DNA from: a virus
Lineage: Duplodnaviria > Caudoviricetes
DNA length: 35,869 bases
Strand: one strand, 5' to 3'
Virus record (IMG/VR): IMGVR_UViG_3300033076_001224
Location: 1 to 35,869 of that record
Of this stretch, positions 18,336 through 27,325 are shown in pieces (position 1 is the first letter of the stretch; every line of letters begins with the position of its first letter). Under the pieces are notes generated by a model that made no database searches, was not told the DNA's origin, and saw only the letters and a list, made by a program, of their open reading frames with translations. The position numbers and the translations under genes were made by a program.

Positions 18336-18605
18336 TTACGCAGCCACCAGGACGCGGCTCGCGCGAGCCGCAGCAACCAACGCCTTGAACTTGGCTTCCA
18401 GGGTCTTGCGGAGCGGCAAGCGATCCTCGACACCGCGATGCTCGCCGGTCTCCGTGAAGTAGTGATTGACTATCGCCAGGCGATAGTCGGCAACCTGTTC
18501 TTGCAGGTGGGTGACGTCGGCTTCAGTCAGGCCGGTCGGCAAGGTGTTGGCGTGGCGAGCGGCGAATTGTTCACGGGTCAGTTCGTGGCGAGGGGTCGTG
18601 TTCAT
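18336..18605 (-). CDS. Small hypothetical protein ending in -LVAA
   Basis: ATG 18605 with GGAG RBS, directly downstream of a promoter. Confidence 0.65.
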   Translation of the reverse strand: MNTTPRHELTREQFAARHANTLPTGLTEADVTHLQEQVADYRLAIVNHYFTETGEHRGVEDRLPLRKTLEAKFKALVAAARASRVLVAA

Positions 18606-18645
18606 GGTCGGCTCCAGGTTAATTGTTTCGTTCGCGTCTGTAATT

Positions 18646-18674
18646 ACTATATCGGTGTTACATAGTTTTGACAA
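18646..18674 (-). promoter_or_regulatory. Sigma70-type promoter TTGTCA-N17-TATAGT
   Basis: 17-bp spacer with a T/A-tract UP-like element. Confidence 0.7.
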
Positions 18675-18700
18675 TAGCATTTTGGGAAAAAACCAAAAAA

Positions 18701-18892
18701 TTATTTGAACCGCTTTTTCCCGGCAAAAGTCGCGGTCCGCCAGTCGGACTGCCGCGCGATCCGTCGGCGCGACTGACGCCTGCTCCGCCTGGAGTCGGAT
18801 CGTGCCGCCTGACGAATCAACGACACCAGGACGACGGCGCACGCCGAGAACACGGACAGCGTCAAGACGGCAACAACGACTGGCTCGATCAT
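18701..18892 (-). CDS. Small membrane protein with Arg-rich tail
   Basis: ATGA overlap; one TM helix then RRSRRQSRRR. Confidence 0.5.
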   Translation of the reverse strand: MIEPVVVAVLTLSVFSACAVVLVSLIRQAARSDSRRSRRQSRRRIARQSDWRTATFAGKKRFK

Positions 18893-19257
18893 CGGAATTT
18901 CCTGGTCAGTTTTGAACGCCTGACAACACCAACAACCTCGCCGTTTCGGAAAATCGCCTCGACGTGAACGGTCCCCCACTGCCTCTTGTCGCGCCGAGAC
19001 TCGTGCTCATCGACCAAAAACTGCGAGATCGACGAGAACGCATCCGTGTAGGGGATTACTTTCTCTTCGGCCCCTGGCTCCGCCTGGCGTGCCGCTCCCC
19101 GGGCGACCTCGAAATCGATCTCACTGTCTGTGATGGAGCCGTCCACGTAGAACAACTTGGCGCTGACGTGTCCGCACAAGCGACGGTCCCGGAATACCGA
19201 GCCGCGCATCGAAAAATGGTCGGCGACGACCGCAATCGCAGTGTGAACCAGCGCCAC
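18889..19257 (-). CDS. Hypothetical protein
   Basis: Fills the gap and is tightly packed with its neighbours. Confidence 0.5.
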   Translation of the reverse strand: MALVHTAIAVVADHFSMRGSVFRDRRLCGHVSAKLFYVDGSITDSEIDFEVARGAARQAEPGAEEKVIPYTDAFSSISQFLVDEHESRRDKRQWGTVHVEAIFRNGEVVGVVRRSKLTRKFR

Positions 19258-19259
19258 GC

Positions 19260-19700
19260 TTAGGCTCCATAGAAGGTGATGTTGGCGACCGCACTTCCGG
19301 TTACCTCGATGATTTTGATCCGCCAGAGTGGCCCGTAATTGTAGAGCAGACTGTTCTGCTGCGTGCTCGCCGCCGCGACCGGGAGAAGCTGGCCGACGCT
19401 TGCGGTCGGTGCGATGCCGTCGTCACGCCAACGAATGGCCTGAGTCTCGCACTGGATCATCGCGTAGAGCGCGTTGGTCGGGATCCCGTAGGTCGAATCG
19501 ACCTCGATCCAGTAGGCGGAGGTGCTGGAAGGCGTGTTGCCGGTTCCCGCGACCACGCACGCCCAGGTCTTGGAGTTGTAGGTCACCCTGTCGGCAACGG
19601 CGTACGCGGTCCCGGCGTTGTACGCAGCCGCCGAGGCGAGAAAGCCGATGCCAACGGCGGACGACAGCGAGGTTTTCTTGTAGAACGCGATCGCGCGCAT
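19260..19700 (-). CDS. Virion protein with inserted CBM5/12 (chitin-binding-type) module
   Basis: AYNAGTAYAVADRVTYNSKTWAC...TPSSTSAYW matches the ChBD/CBM12 pattern. Confidence 0.7.
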   Translation of the reverse strand: MRAIAFYKKTSLSSAVGIGFLASAAAYNAGTAYAVADRVTYNSKTWACVVAGTGNTPSSTSAYWIEVDSTYGIPTNALYAMIQCETQAIRWRDDGIAPTASVGQLLPVAAASTQQNSLLYNYGPLWRIKIIEVTGSAVANITFYGA

Positions 19701-19712
19701 AGGTTTTTTCCC

Positions 19713-19925
19713 TTACTTCCAAAAGAGAAGCATCTCTTCGTCTTCGTTCGCTCTTTTCTTTGTAGAAGGTTGAGGAATAGGCGATCGATTTCTTGGCCTT
19801 GGCAGCGACATTCCAGGCGCGTGATACGGTGTAGGCGTGTCCGCGTACTCGACCTCCACGGCTGGCGCGGACGATCCGCCTCCTCCCATTCTCAGGCCAG
19901 GAGCGATCAGCCCGAGCAGCGCCAT
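19713..19925 (-). CDS. Small hypothetical protein
   Basis: AGGAG RBS; fills the gap. Confidence 0.5.
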   Translation of the reverse strand: MALLGLIAPGLRMGGGGSSAPAVEVEYADTPTPYHAPGMSLPRPRNRSPIPQPSTKKRANEDEEMLLFWK

Positions 19926-19936
19926 TGCCTTCTCCT

Positions 19937-21565
19937 TTACTTGTACATGATATTCGCGATCACCTCTCCAGCCGTAACGCTTCCCGTGTCGTTGTCGGCG
20001 TACGCAGTGGTCGCGCGGATTCCGATCGCAGTCGAAAACTCGATCCCGTTCGTAAATTCGACCGCAACCATGCCGGACCCGGCTGCGTTGCCAGGGACCA
20101 TCAGCGTCAGAACTGGAGTCGAGGCGCTCGTTGGTGATGCGGCGTTATAGATCTTTACATAGCGTGCAGAGGCGTTGGTGTTCGTGAGAATCCATCCGAA
20201 CACCTGCCCGGCGCTGCCCTTGACCTGGGTCGCTCCCTGATTGGCTCCGGAAAAATCAATCACGCGAGATACGGATAGACCGCCAGACGTGGCTGGCTTC
20301 TGCGTGACCGGCACGGCAGCCTGGTCGGTTGCTATGGTGGTACGCAGTGTTCCCGACGTCGTGGAACCGGCTCCGGTCGCGATCGCGTTTCCGTTAAACT
20401 GCGTGAGGCTCGTGACCGTGGAGACCGTGGTGACAGCAGCGAGCGTCTGTGTGGCAGCGATCTCGACGGCACCGATCGTGACGCCGCTGTTGGCAGCCAA
20501 CTTGCCGATCGCATTGCTTCCAGCTGGCAGCGCGCTGGAAATGGTCACTGCTCCCGTATTGCAAGCGGTGACCTTGGTGTTGAGCGCCGACAAGGTCGTC
20601 TCAGTGGAAGCGCCTGTCGGCAACGGCAGCGAAGCCGCGCTAACCGGCTGCGTTGCCTGCCAGAAAGTTCCTGTGACGCCGACTGTCTGTCCAGCAGCAA
20701 TCTCGACCGCACCAACGGTGACACCAGGATTAGACGCGAGCGTGACTGCACCGGTGTTGCATGCGGTAATCTTGGCGCTAAGCGCGGAGAGCGTCGCCTC
20801 GGTGGACGCTCCCGTCGGCAATGGCAGTGAGGCGGCGCTGACCGGTTGCGTCGCCTGCCAGAAGGTTCCTGTGACTCCAACCGTCTGTCCAGCAGCGATC
20901 TCGACGGCACCGATCGTGACGCCGGAATTGGATGCGAGTTTTCCGATCGCGTTTCCGCCCGCCGGAAGCGCGCCAGAGATGGTTACCGCTCCTGTGTCGC
21001 AAGCGGTGACCTTTCCGTTCAGCGTGGAGAGCGTCGCCTCGGTGGCAGCGCCGGTTGGAAGTGGCAGCGACACCGCACTGATCGGCTGCGTCGCTTGCCA
21101 GAAGGTGCCTGTGACTGCCACGGAGCCCGAGACGCCAACAGTCCACGATCCGCTCTGCGTAACCGCAAGCGTCGCGTTGGTGATCCCGACGCTCCACACG
21201 CCGGATTGTGCAGCCAGGAAGCCGGACGGAAAGTTCGTGACGTCGACGCCGACGTCAATGGACGCCAGCAGAGACGCTAGCGTCGCTTCTGTGGCAGCGC
21301 CTGTCGGCAACGGAAGCGAAGCTGCACTAATGGGCTGCGTCGCCTGCCAGAAGGTGCCTGTAACCGCAAAGACGGCTCCGGAGGCGGGCGCAATCGGCAG
21401 GCCTGTGGACGGAGTCACCTCAACCAGGACGTTCGCGCCGGGGGCGATTGTCGTAGCGTAGCTCACGACGTTCGCGGGCCACTTGACACCGTCCGCGTCA
21501 GCGAGGTCGCGGATCAGATCGCCTTCGCCAACGGCTGCGGACAGCCTTGTGTTGTCTGACGCCAT
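19937..21565 (-). CDS. Repeat-containing fibre-like protein
   Basis: Four copies of VTGTFWQATQPxSAxSLPLPTGAxTExTL and three of NxGVTxGAVEIAA, then a C-terminal beta domain. Confidence 0.7.
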   Translation of the reverse strand: MASDNTRLSAAVGEGDLIRDLADADGVKWPANVVSYATTIAPGANVLVEVTPSTGLPIAPASGAVFAVTGTFWQATQPISAASLPLPTGAATEATLASLLASIDVGVDVTNFPSGFLAAQSGVWSVGITNATLAVTQSGSWTVGVSGSVAVTGTFWQATQPISAVSLPLPTGAATEATLSTLNGKVTACDTGAVTISGALPAGGNAIGKLASNSGVTIGAVEIAAGQTVGVTGTFWQATQPVSAASLPLPTGASTEATLSALSAKITACNTGAVTLASNPGVTVGAVEIAAGQTVGVTGTFWQATQPVSAASLPLPTGASTETTLSALNTKVTACNTGAVTISSALPAGSNAIGKLAANSGVTIGAVEIAATQTLAAVTTVSTVTSLTQFNGNAIATGAGSTTSGTLRTTIATDQAAVPVTQKPATSGGLSVSRVIDFSGANQGATQVKGSAGQVFGWILTNTNASARYVKIYNAASPTSASTPVLTLMVPGNAAGSGMVAVEFTNGIEFSTAIGIRATTAYADNDTGSVTAGEVIANIMYK

Positions 21566-21566
21566 T

Positions 21567-22343
21567 TCAAGCTCCCATGCCAGTCAGCATCAATGACGAA
21601 GCTCTCGCAGCAGACGCAGGCTTTCCAAGCACGGTTCGCACGAACGGACTCCAGCTTCTGACCGGAGGTCCTGGAGTGAATATCGGCGGCACCGAGCTTG
21701 CCTGACTCAAAACAACAGGATATCGTCCTGACGGAGCCTGGTTGACAACAGCGAGCCGGGATGCGGTCAGGCCGGAAATATCAAGAGGGTTCCAGAACAC
21801 TATGCTTTCAGGCCGAACCTGCATCGGATGCGCACCGCCCTGAAGAGCAGCAATCTCGCCGTCATTGAGCGCGGCAGCCCACACGGTTGCGTGCGCGATA
21901 GCTCCCGCGTGCGACAAGCTGGTTGTGTCTCCTGAGCCGATAAAAAGCTGCGGGGACGCTGGGCTTACCGTGATGGCAGACCCATTGGTAGCCTTGGCGA
22001 CTCCGGACATGTAGGCGGCACGCGACGAGGAAGTTGTAAACACGGCAGCGGCATGACGCCAGACCGTTCCTGTGCTTGACATGGACGAGATTGCGGAGGT
22101 CGTTGCAGCGCCAATGCCGCCGACGCTATTTCTGGAGTAAGCGTTCATTGTCCACGCGCCGCCATAGTTCAAGTTCAGGATCCAGGTGTTCGCGAGCCCG
22201 TTATCGCCAACGCGAATCAAGCCTCTTTGCGAGGTCAGGTTTGACGAATTGGTGAACCAACAGGCAAGCGTCAGCGGCTCCGACGCATAAGTAAACGACG
22301 CCGAATAACGGTTGTTGAAGTTGTCAGGAAACCAGATTCCCAC
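21567..22343 (-). CDS. LamG/concanavalin-like domain protein
   Basis: LTLACWF, WRHAAAV, FIG, GAIAHATVWAAALNDGEIAAL. Confidence 0.7.
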   Translation of the reverse strand: MGIWFPDNFNNRYSASFTYASEPLTLACWFTNSSNLTSQRGLIRVGDNGLANTWILNLNYGGAWTMNAYSRNSVGGIGAATTSAISSMSSTGTVWRHAAAVFTTSSSRAAYMSGVAKATNGSAITVSPASPQLFIGSGDTTSLSHAGAIAHATVWAAALNDGEIAALQGGAHPMQVRPESIVFWNPLDISGLTASRLAVVNQAPSGRYPVVLSQASSVPPIFTPGPPVRSWSPFVRTVLGKPASAARASSLMLTGMGA

Positions 22344-22346
22344 AAA

Positions 22347-22832
22347 TCACCCCGTGTACTGTCCATAGACGCCCTGATACAGCGCGGAGTGGTTTCCTCC
22401 GGTCGTGTCCAGCGTTCCTCCGGTCCGGTTTTCGATGATGATTCCCCAACTTGCAGGAATGACTCCATTGAACGCCTTGCTGACCGAAAATGGCCCGGCA
22501 TAGTAAGTCGTTGCGTTCGCGACCGCGCTGATCGTTCCGATCCAGAGCGCGTTGGTCGGACTCGTCAAGGTGATGGCAGCGTCGCTCGCCCCGGCATTCT
22601 CGGTCCGGATCGATCCGTCCACGGACCCGTAAACGTACACATTCAGATATCCGGTTGTCGCTGTCCCTGACGCGCCCGTCTTGATCTTCAGGAACACCAG
22701 CACCTCATTAAAAAGGTCCGTGGTGTTGTCGATCGCCGTGGACTGTCTGGCCGAGGCGTTCGCTAGGCTGGCGATCGTGATCGTGAAGGCCTGTCCGGAT
22801 GTCCCGAATTTTTGCTTTAGATCTCCTGCCAC
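22347..22832 (-). CDS. Hypothetical virion protein
   Basis: GGAGG RBS; Thr/Ala/Gly-rich beta sequence. Confidence 0.6.
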   Translation of the reverse strand: MAGDLKQKFGTSGQAFTITIASLANASARQSTAIDNTTDLFNEVLVFLKIKTGASGTATTGYLNVYVYGSVDGSIRTENAGASDAAITLTSPTNALWIGTISAVANATTYYAGPFSVSKAFNGVIPASWGIIIENRTGGTLDTTGGNHSALYQGVYGQYTG

Positions 22833-23263
22833 AATGCACTCCTCCGCGCGTCAGCGATCATCTCGTGGGTCACAGTGACGCCAACGCCAAGGACCTTCTC
22901 GGCGCGAGTCCCTCTCCTCTTGAGCATGGCCGCAATCGCCTGAGACGTGAAGACTCCGTCGTTGACCGCCTCCAGAATCAGCCGCTGCATGACAGGGTCT
23001 GCGGTGTCGATCTCGTCCTCGAACCCACCGGTCACCATGATGAGGCGGTCCCATTTCCTTTGGATCGCCTCCGTCTTTTCGTGCAGCGTCAACGCAGCCA
23101 AGGCCATCGCCTTTGCGACGACCTTTTTGCTGATGAATCGAACAGAGATCTCCTCCCTGTCGGGCGCGTTAAGGAAGGCAGCCACGTCGCCGTCCTGCAT
23201 CGAGGCGTACCCGACGCCAAGAGGATCCAGCTTCAGTTCCTCGGCAAGTTTTCTGACGTCCAT
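22817..23263 (-). CDS. Hypothetical protein
   Basis: Directly follows the portal gene; GGAG RBS. Confidence 0.65.
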   Translation of the reverse strand: MDVRKLAEELKLDPLGVGYASMQDGDVAAFLNAPDREEISVRFISKKVVAKAMALAALTLHEKTEAIQRKWDRLIMVTGGFEDEIDTADPVMQRLILEAVNDGVFTSQAIAAMLKRRGTRAEKVLGVGVTVTHEMIADARRSALWQEI

Positions 23264-23265
23264 GG

Positions 23266-26200
23266 TTACTCCGACGTCTCGATTGATTCGGTACGCACGA
23301 TATTTCCATCCGCATCGCGGATTGGTGTCGTCACCGTTTTTCTATCGGGCAGGTCGAGTGACACCTGGACTTCTGCTGGCTGGACGTTCACAACCGCTGG
23401 CGGAGGAGCCTGGACGTCCACCTTCACCTCGGGTGCGGCAACATTGACGACCGCTGGCGGAGGTGCCTGGACGTCCACCTTCACCTCGGGAGCAGCGACG
23501 TTCACCACGGGAGGCTGGATCTCGACCTTGGGTGGCTCGACGTTCACGATCGGTGCCGCGACGTTGACGACCGGTGCTGGCTGGGCGTTGGTTACGTTCA
23601 CGATCGATGCGTCCTGTTTCGGAATCACGATCTCGGGCATGTGGATCGTTGGCCCGCCGACACTCACGGACGGCGCTGGCGGCGTGCTGGGCTGCGTGTT
23701 AGTCACATGCACGCCGGGCATCGAGATATTGATCGGCTGAGCCTGGCGCTCGGACGCCATTTTGGTGACCATGGCCTTCAGTTCCTCGATCTCCCTGGAC
23801 AGCGACTTGACCGCATCGGGCTGGGACGCGGGAGCCTTCGGCTCGCGGTAGATGGACGGGTCAATGTTCGGCGCGTTTTTGCGGTGCGAGGGTCGCGTCA
23901 ATTTTTTGACGCTCTCGACGTAGACGCCCACCGCATGGCACCGGCAGCCGCACCGCTCGGACGCGGGAAGCTCCGGGTCTCCGGGATAGTCGCACTCGTA
24001 TCCGCCCACGACGAACTTCTCGTGCAAGCCGATCGGACCATCCATCGCCACGGACAAATGGGTCGGCCTGACCCGATCGTCCATCATGTGGACCCACTGC
24101 CGTGCGTTGATCAGGCCGACCTCGGCGAGGTGATCCTGGCACGCACGACTGCCCGCACCAGCCGCTGCGGTGTTCTCGGCCCGCGCAATCGTCGCCGCAT
24201 GCGTCTCGCAGGCCGAGGTCGAGAACACAGCACGCGTGACAGCGTCCGCGATTTCCTTCGTAGGAATGGAGTCAGCGCACGCCTCGATCGCGTTCTTGAT
24301 TTTGTCCTTGACCGTCTCAAGAACCGAGACCGCGCGGAACTTGCTGGCGATCCTGTCGGCGGCGCGACGCACGACGTCAGCGATCGCCTTGGGCAGCGCC
24401 ATGATGCGACCGAACAGGCCCTTCTGCATGAGCCCGTCGATTCCGCCGTGGTCGACCTTCCGTGGTTGATGGACGTTCCATTCGATCGTTGCTGCCGCAA
24501 TGGCTGATCGCAGCAGGTGCGGCCTGATCGTGTCCGTGAGCTTCTCTGACCACTCGCTGCTGTGGACGATCATGTCCACCAGTGCTGGTGTGATCACGCT
24601 CGACGATCGCGCGTGCGTCCGGATCTGCTCGCCAACCTCGACGCCCATGCGTGTGAAAAACCCCTGGAGCGCCTCGACCATCTGTGCTTCGGTCTTGGCG
24701 ACATGTTTGTCAACCATGCGCGCGTGCCCGGCGGCTCCGATCTGGGAGTGCCAGGACTTGTGGCGGATCTTGTTCCGTTTGGCGTGCTTCTTCTTGTCTT
24801 TCGCGTCGCTGCTGCTGTCGCTCTCGTCGTCGTCCGAGTTCGGAACATCAAGGTCATCCGTGAACTGAAGCGACGGGTCAGGAGCGAAGCCGTTCTCGGA
24901 TCTCCACTCGCTCAACGTCATGTCGCACCCTTCGCGTGGCTCCATACCGCGCTTGAGACGCCACTCGTTAATCGTCATGGTGTCTCGATCGACCATAGAC
25001 GTGTCTGCGTTAAGCTCGTAATCCTCGTCCACGGCGACGCAGGACTCGATCCAGACCAGCAAGCTTTCGTCGCGGACGCCGTCGTCAAACATCGGCGCGA
25101 TCTTGTTCGTCAATGCCTCCGAGAACATCGCGATGCGCGGATTGATGACGATGTCGTAAAAGTGCTTCTTTGCGACCACGGAGCCCGCACGATTGGCGTT
25201 CTGCATGTCCCCCAGGATCATTGGCGACACGCCCCAGCACTGCGACAGCCTCTCCTTTGATGCCTTGCTTGAGTTCAAGAAGTCCATCTCGACGATGGAC
25301 GACGTGATCTTCTTGACGTCCTTGATGAAGCCGTCCAGGACGATTGGATTGTTGTAGTTCTTGGCTCCACGCCACTCCTGGTTGAGCGTGTTGACGATCT
25401 GGGCGCGCTGTTCGACCGTGAGGATTGGCGTGACGTCTGGACCTTGCAAGCCCTCCTGGCCAGGCATCTTGCCGACAATTACGGCGAGCCCGGGATTGTG
25501 GCCATTCAGGTGCGCACGCCGCTGGCTCTCCTCGATATTCTCGTCGACACTGACCGTGCGATCCAGCGCCTGCATCGGCGACAGCGGCATCGCCGGATTG
25601 CGCGGGTCCGGATAGTAAAACATCGCGATCTCTTCACCGGGAACATCGAAGGGAATCGCGAAGCCTTCCGGTGTCAGCTTGTAGGAGACGAACAGCTTGT
25701 CACCGCTGTGGACCGGCTCGACCCAGTTCGGAGGAATCGGGTAAACTTCCAGGCCCTCGGTTCCGTCGTCGCTCTGGACCTTGCGGAACCACCAGTACGC
25801 GACTCCGCAAAGCTCAAGGCAGGTGAACGTGCAGGTGATCAGCGCGAACTTCCCCATCAGGGGATTGGGCCGCGCCATCAGGAGGTTGAATGGATGGTCC
25901 GGCACCAGCTTGACGTTGCTGCGCCGTGGAAGACTCTTCGGGATGAGCGCCTGCATGCGTAATTGCTTGGCGCGTTCTCGCAGGCGTCGCCGCTTCCACT
26001 GCTTGAGGTGCTGCTTTGACTTGTTGACGAGCCTGCCAGGACCAGACCATTTTTGCTTGCCGGACCGAGCCTGGCCGACCATGATTGGCTGACCGGCGAT
26101 CGTGTTGGCGATCGTCCGCACAATCGAGAAGACGTAGCCGATATTGTGGCGTAGCTGCTCGGAGCAGCGCGTCATCGCGTCGCCGCGACCGAGATGTGCT

Positions 26201-26304
26201 GAAAGACCGGAAGACGCTCCGCCGAAGGCCTGGACGTGCTGGTGTCGAGACTGCGAAGCCCGACGACGCGATCGCTCGACTGCCTTCGCAAACTCGCTGG
26301 CCAT
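23266..26304 (-). CDS. Portal protein fused to MuF/gp7 head morphogenesis domain and a Val/Pro repeat tail
   Basis: Portal motifs HPFNLLMARPNP, LCGVAYW, GVSPMILG; MuF motifs IARAE, WVHMMDDRVRPTH, YPGDP...RCGCRC. Confidence 0.85.
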   Translation of the reverse strand: MASEFAKAVERSRRRASQSRHQHVQAFGGASSGLSAHLGRGDAMTRCSEQLRHNIGYVFSIVRTIANTIAGQPIMVGQARSGKQKWSGPGRLVNKSKQHLKQWKRRRLRERAKQLRMQALIPKSLPRRSNVKLVPDHPFNLLMARPNPLMGKFALITCTFTCLELCGVAYWWFRKVQSDDGTEGLEVYPIPPNWVEPVHSGDKLFVSYKLTPEGFAIPFDVPGEEIAMFYYPDPRNPAMPLSPMQALDRTVSVDENIEESQRRAHLNGHNPGLAVIVGKMPGQEGLQGPDVTPILTVEQRAQIVNTLNQEWRGAKNYNNPIVLDGFIKDVKKITSSIVEMDFLNSSKASKERLSQCWGVSPMILGDMQNANRAGSVVAKKHFYDIVINPRIAMFSEALTNKIAPMFDDGVRDESLLVWIESCVAVDEDYELNADTSMVDRDTMTINEWRLKRGMEPREGCDMTLSEWRSENGFAPDPSLQFTDDLDVPNSDDDESDSSSDAKDKKKHAKRNKIRHKSWHSQIGAAGHARMVDKHVAKTEAQMVEALQGFFTRMGVEVGEQIRTHARSSSVITPALVDMIVHSSEWSEKLTDTIRPHLLRSAIAAATIEWNVHQPRKVDHGGIDGLMQKGLFGRIMALPKAIADVVRRAADRIASKFRAVSVLETVKDKIKNAIEACADSIPTKEIADAVTRAVFSTSACETHAATIARAENTAAAGAGSRACQDHLAEVGLINARQWVHMMDDRVRPTHLSVAMDGPIGLHEKFVVGGYECDYPGDPELPASERCGCRCHAVGVYVESVKKLTRPSHRKNAPNIDPSIYREPKAPASQPDAVKSLSREIEELKAMVTKMASERQAQPINISMPGVHVTNTQPSTPPAPSVSVGGPTIHMPEIVIPKQDASIVNVTNAQPAPVVNVAAPIVNVEPPKVEIQPPVVNVAAPEVKVDVQAPPPAVVNVAAPEVKVDVQAPPPAVVNVQPAEVQVSLDLPDRKTVTTPIRDADGNIVRTESIETSE
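23362..23600 (-). repeat. 57-bp-period tandem repeats encoding VVNVAAPEVKVDVQAPPPA, plus degenerate VNVxxP units
   Basis: CCTGGACGTCCACCTTCACCTCGGG occurs twice, 57 bp apart. Confidence 0.8.
23895..23912. promoter_or_regulatory. Palindromic motif GC-GTCAAT-TT-TTTGAC-GC
   Basis: One mismatch to the core; inside the portal gene just after the MuF domain. Confidence 0.45.
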
Positions 26305-26675
26305 TACTCTTCTCCGCTCTGACCGGTATCCGGGATGCGCGCCAGATAACCGGAGGTTTCTGCGCGAATCCTCGCAACGATCCGCTCGTGCATCTCGGTG
26401 ATTGTTTTGACCTCGTACTTGAGCGCGTCGCAGTCGAATGCGTGCTTGGCACGCTCACGCTCTGCTTCCTCGCGTTGAGCCGCAAGCTCCGCTCTCAACT
26501 CCGCGACCTCGGACTTGGCTGAGGCAAGCTGGGTGCCTAGAGACGCGACCTCGGCGCGGAGCGTCGCCTCGGTCGCCGTCTCGTCTCTGGACTCAAAAAA
26601 CAAACAGCGCAGACGCCAAATTACGGAACGGAGCCGAAATTCATGCGTCTGCGCCGGTGGCTGGGTGTCGCTCAT
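26304..26675 (-). CDS. Coiled-coil hypothetical protein
   Basis: TAATG coupling to portal; heptad-rich. Confidence 0.65.
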   Translation of the reverse strand: MSDTQPPAQTHEFRLRSVIWRLRCLFFESRDETATEATLRAEVASLGTQLASAKSEVAELRAELAAQREEAERERAKHAFDCDALKYEVKTITEMHERIVARIRAETSGYLARIPDTGQSGEE

Positions 26676-26701
26676 GGATCCCCGTGGTGTGGTCCTGAAG
26701 C

Positions 26702-27238
26702 TTACGAGAGACGCATGACATTCAGGTGCGCGTTGTTGATGGTCACCGTCGGGGTGCCCGAATCACTTTCGAGCGTAACGTCCAGGGCAACGGACGTCTG
26801 GAGCGCGCCGGACGCGCCGCTGAAGCCGGTCGTGGAAGCGGCGGGCATCGTCGAGATCGTGCCGGGCGAGTCGGACTGGCTGACGGGCACGATCGCAACA
26901 AACGACATGGTGTTTTTGGCGTTCGACCCGGCCCAGCTAAGCTGAGCCATCGCGCCAGCGACCGCGCTACCGTTCTTGCGCAGGCGAGCGGTGATGATTT
27001 TTGCGGTGTCGGTTTCGCCGACGATATCGAACTGCACGAGGTACGTGCCCGGCGAATTCACCTTGACCCGGTTGTTCGCCTTGTCGGGCTGGACCGCCGG
27101 GTCGCCAGCGTCTCCGGTATTCGTCTTGTTGCTGCCGGTGGATGCGTTCCACAGGTTGAACAGCGCGGCAGTCGAGCTAAGCGCCTGCGTGCCCGACCCG
27201 GCTGCGATTTCGATTCCACCAAAAGGGATGCTGATCAT
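26702..27238 (-). CDS. C1q/BclA-C-like beta protein
   Basis: ATG 27238 with GGAG RBS; NRVKVNSPGTYLVQF pattern. Confidence 0.5.
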   Translation of the reverse strand: MISIPFGGIEIAAGSGTQALSSTAALFNLWNASTGSNKTNTGDAGDPAVQPDKANNRVKVNSPGTYLVQFDIVGETDTAKIITARLRKNGSAVAGAMAQLSWAGSNAKNTMSFVAIVPVSQSDSPGTISTMPAASTTGFSGASGALQTSVALDVTLESDSGTPTVTINNAHLNVMRLS

Positions 27239-27311
27239 CGTTTTGCTCCGTTTTTTTACTGTATCCAGGGAACAGGTTAGTAGTGAGTCTACGGACTCTC
27301 GAAAACGGTTT

Positions 27312-27325
27312 GTCAAATTTTTGAC
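27312..27325. promoter_or_regulatory. Palindromic motif GTCAAA-TT-TTTGAC
   Basis: Exact copy overlapping the sigma gene stop codon and a TTGACA hexamer. Confidence 0.6.

Noticed and set aside
20241-21461. 406-aa plus-strand repetitive ORF and possible CRISPR-like repeats
   Set aside because: Mirror of the fibre gene; the repeats are in-frame coding repeats with synonymous variation and no unique spacers
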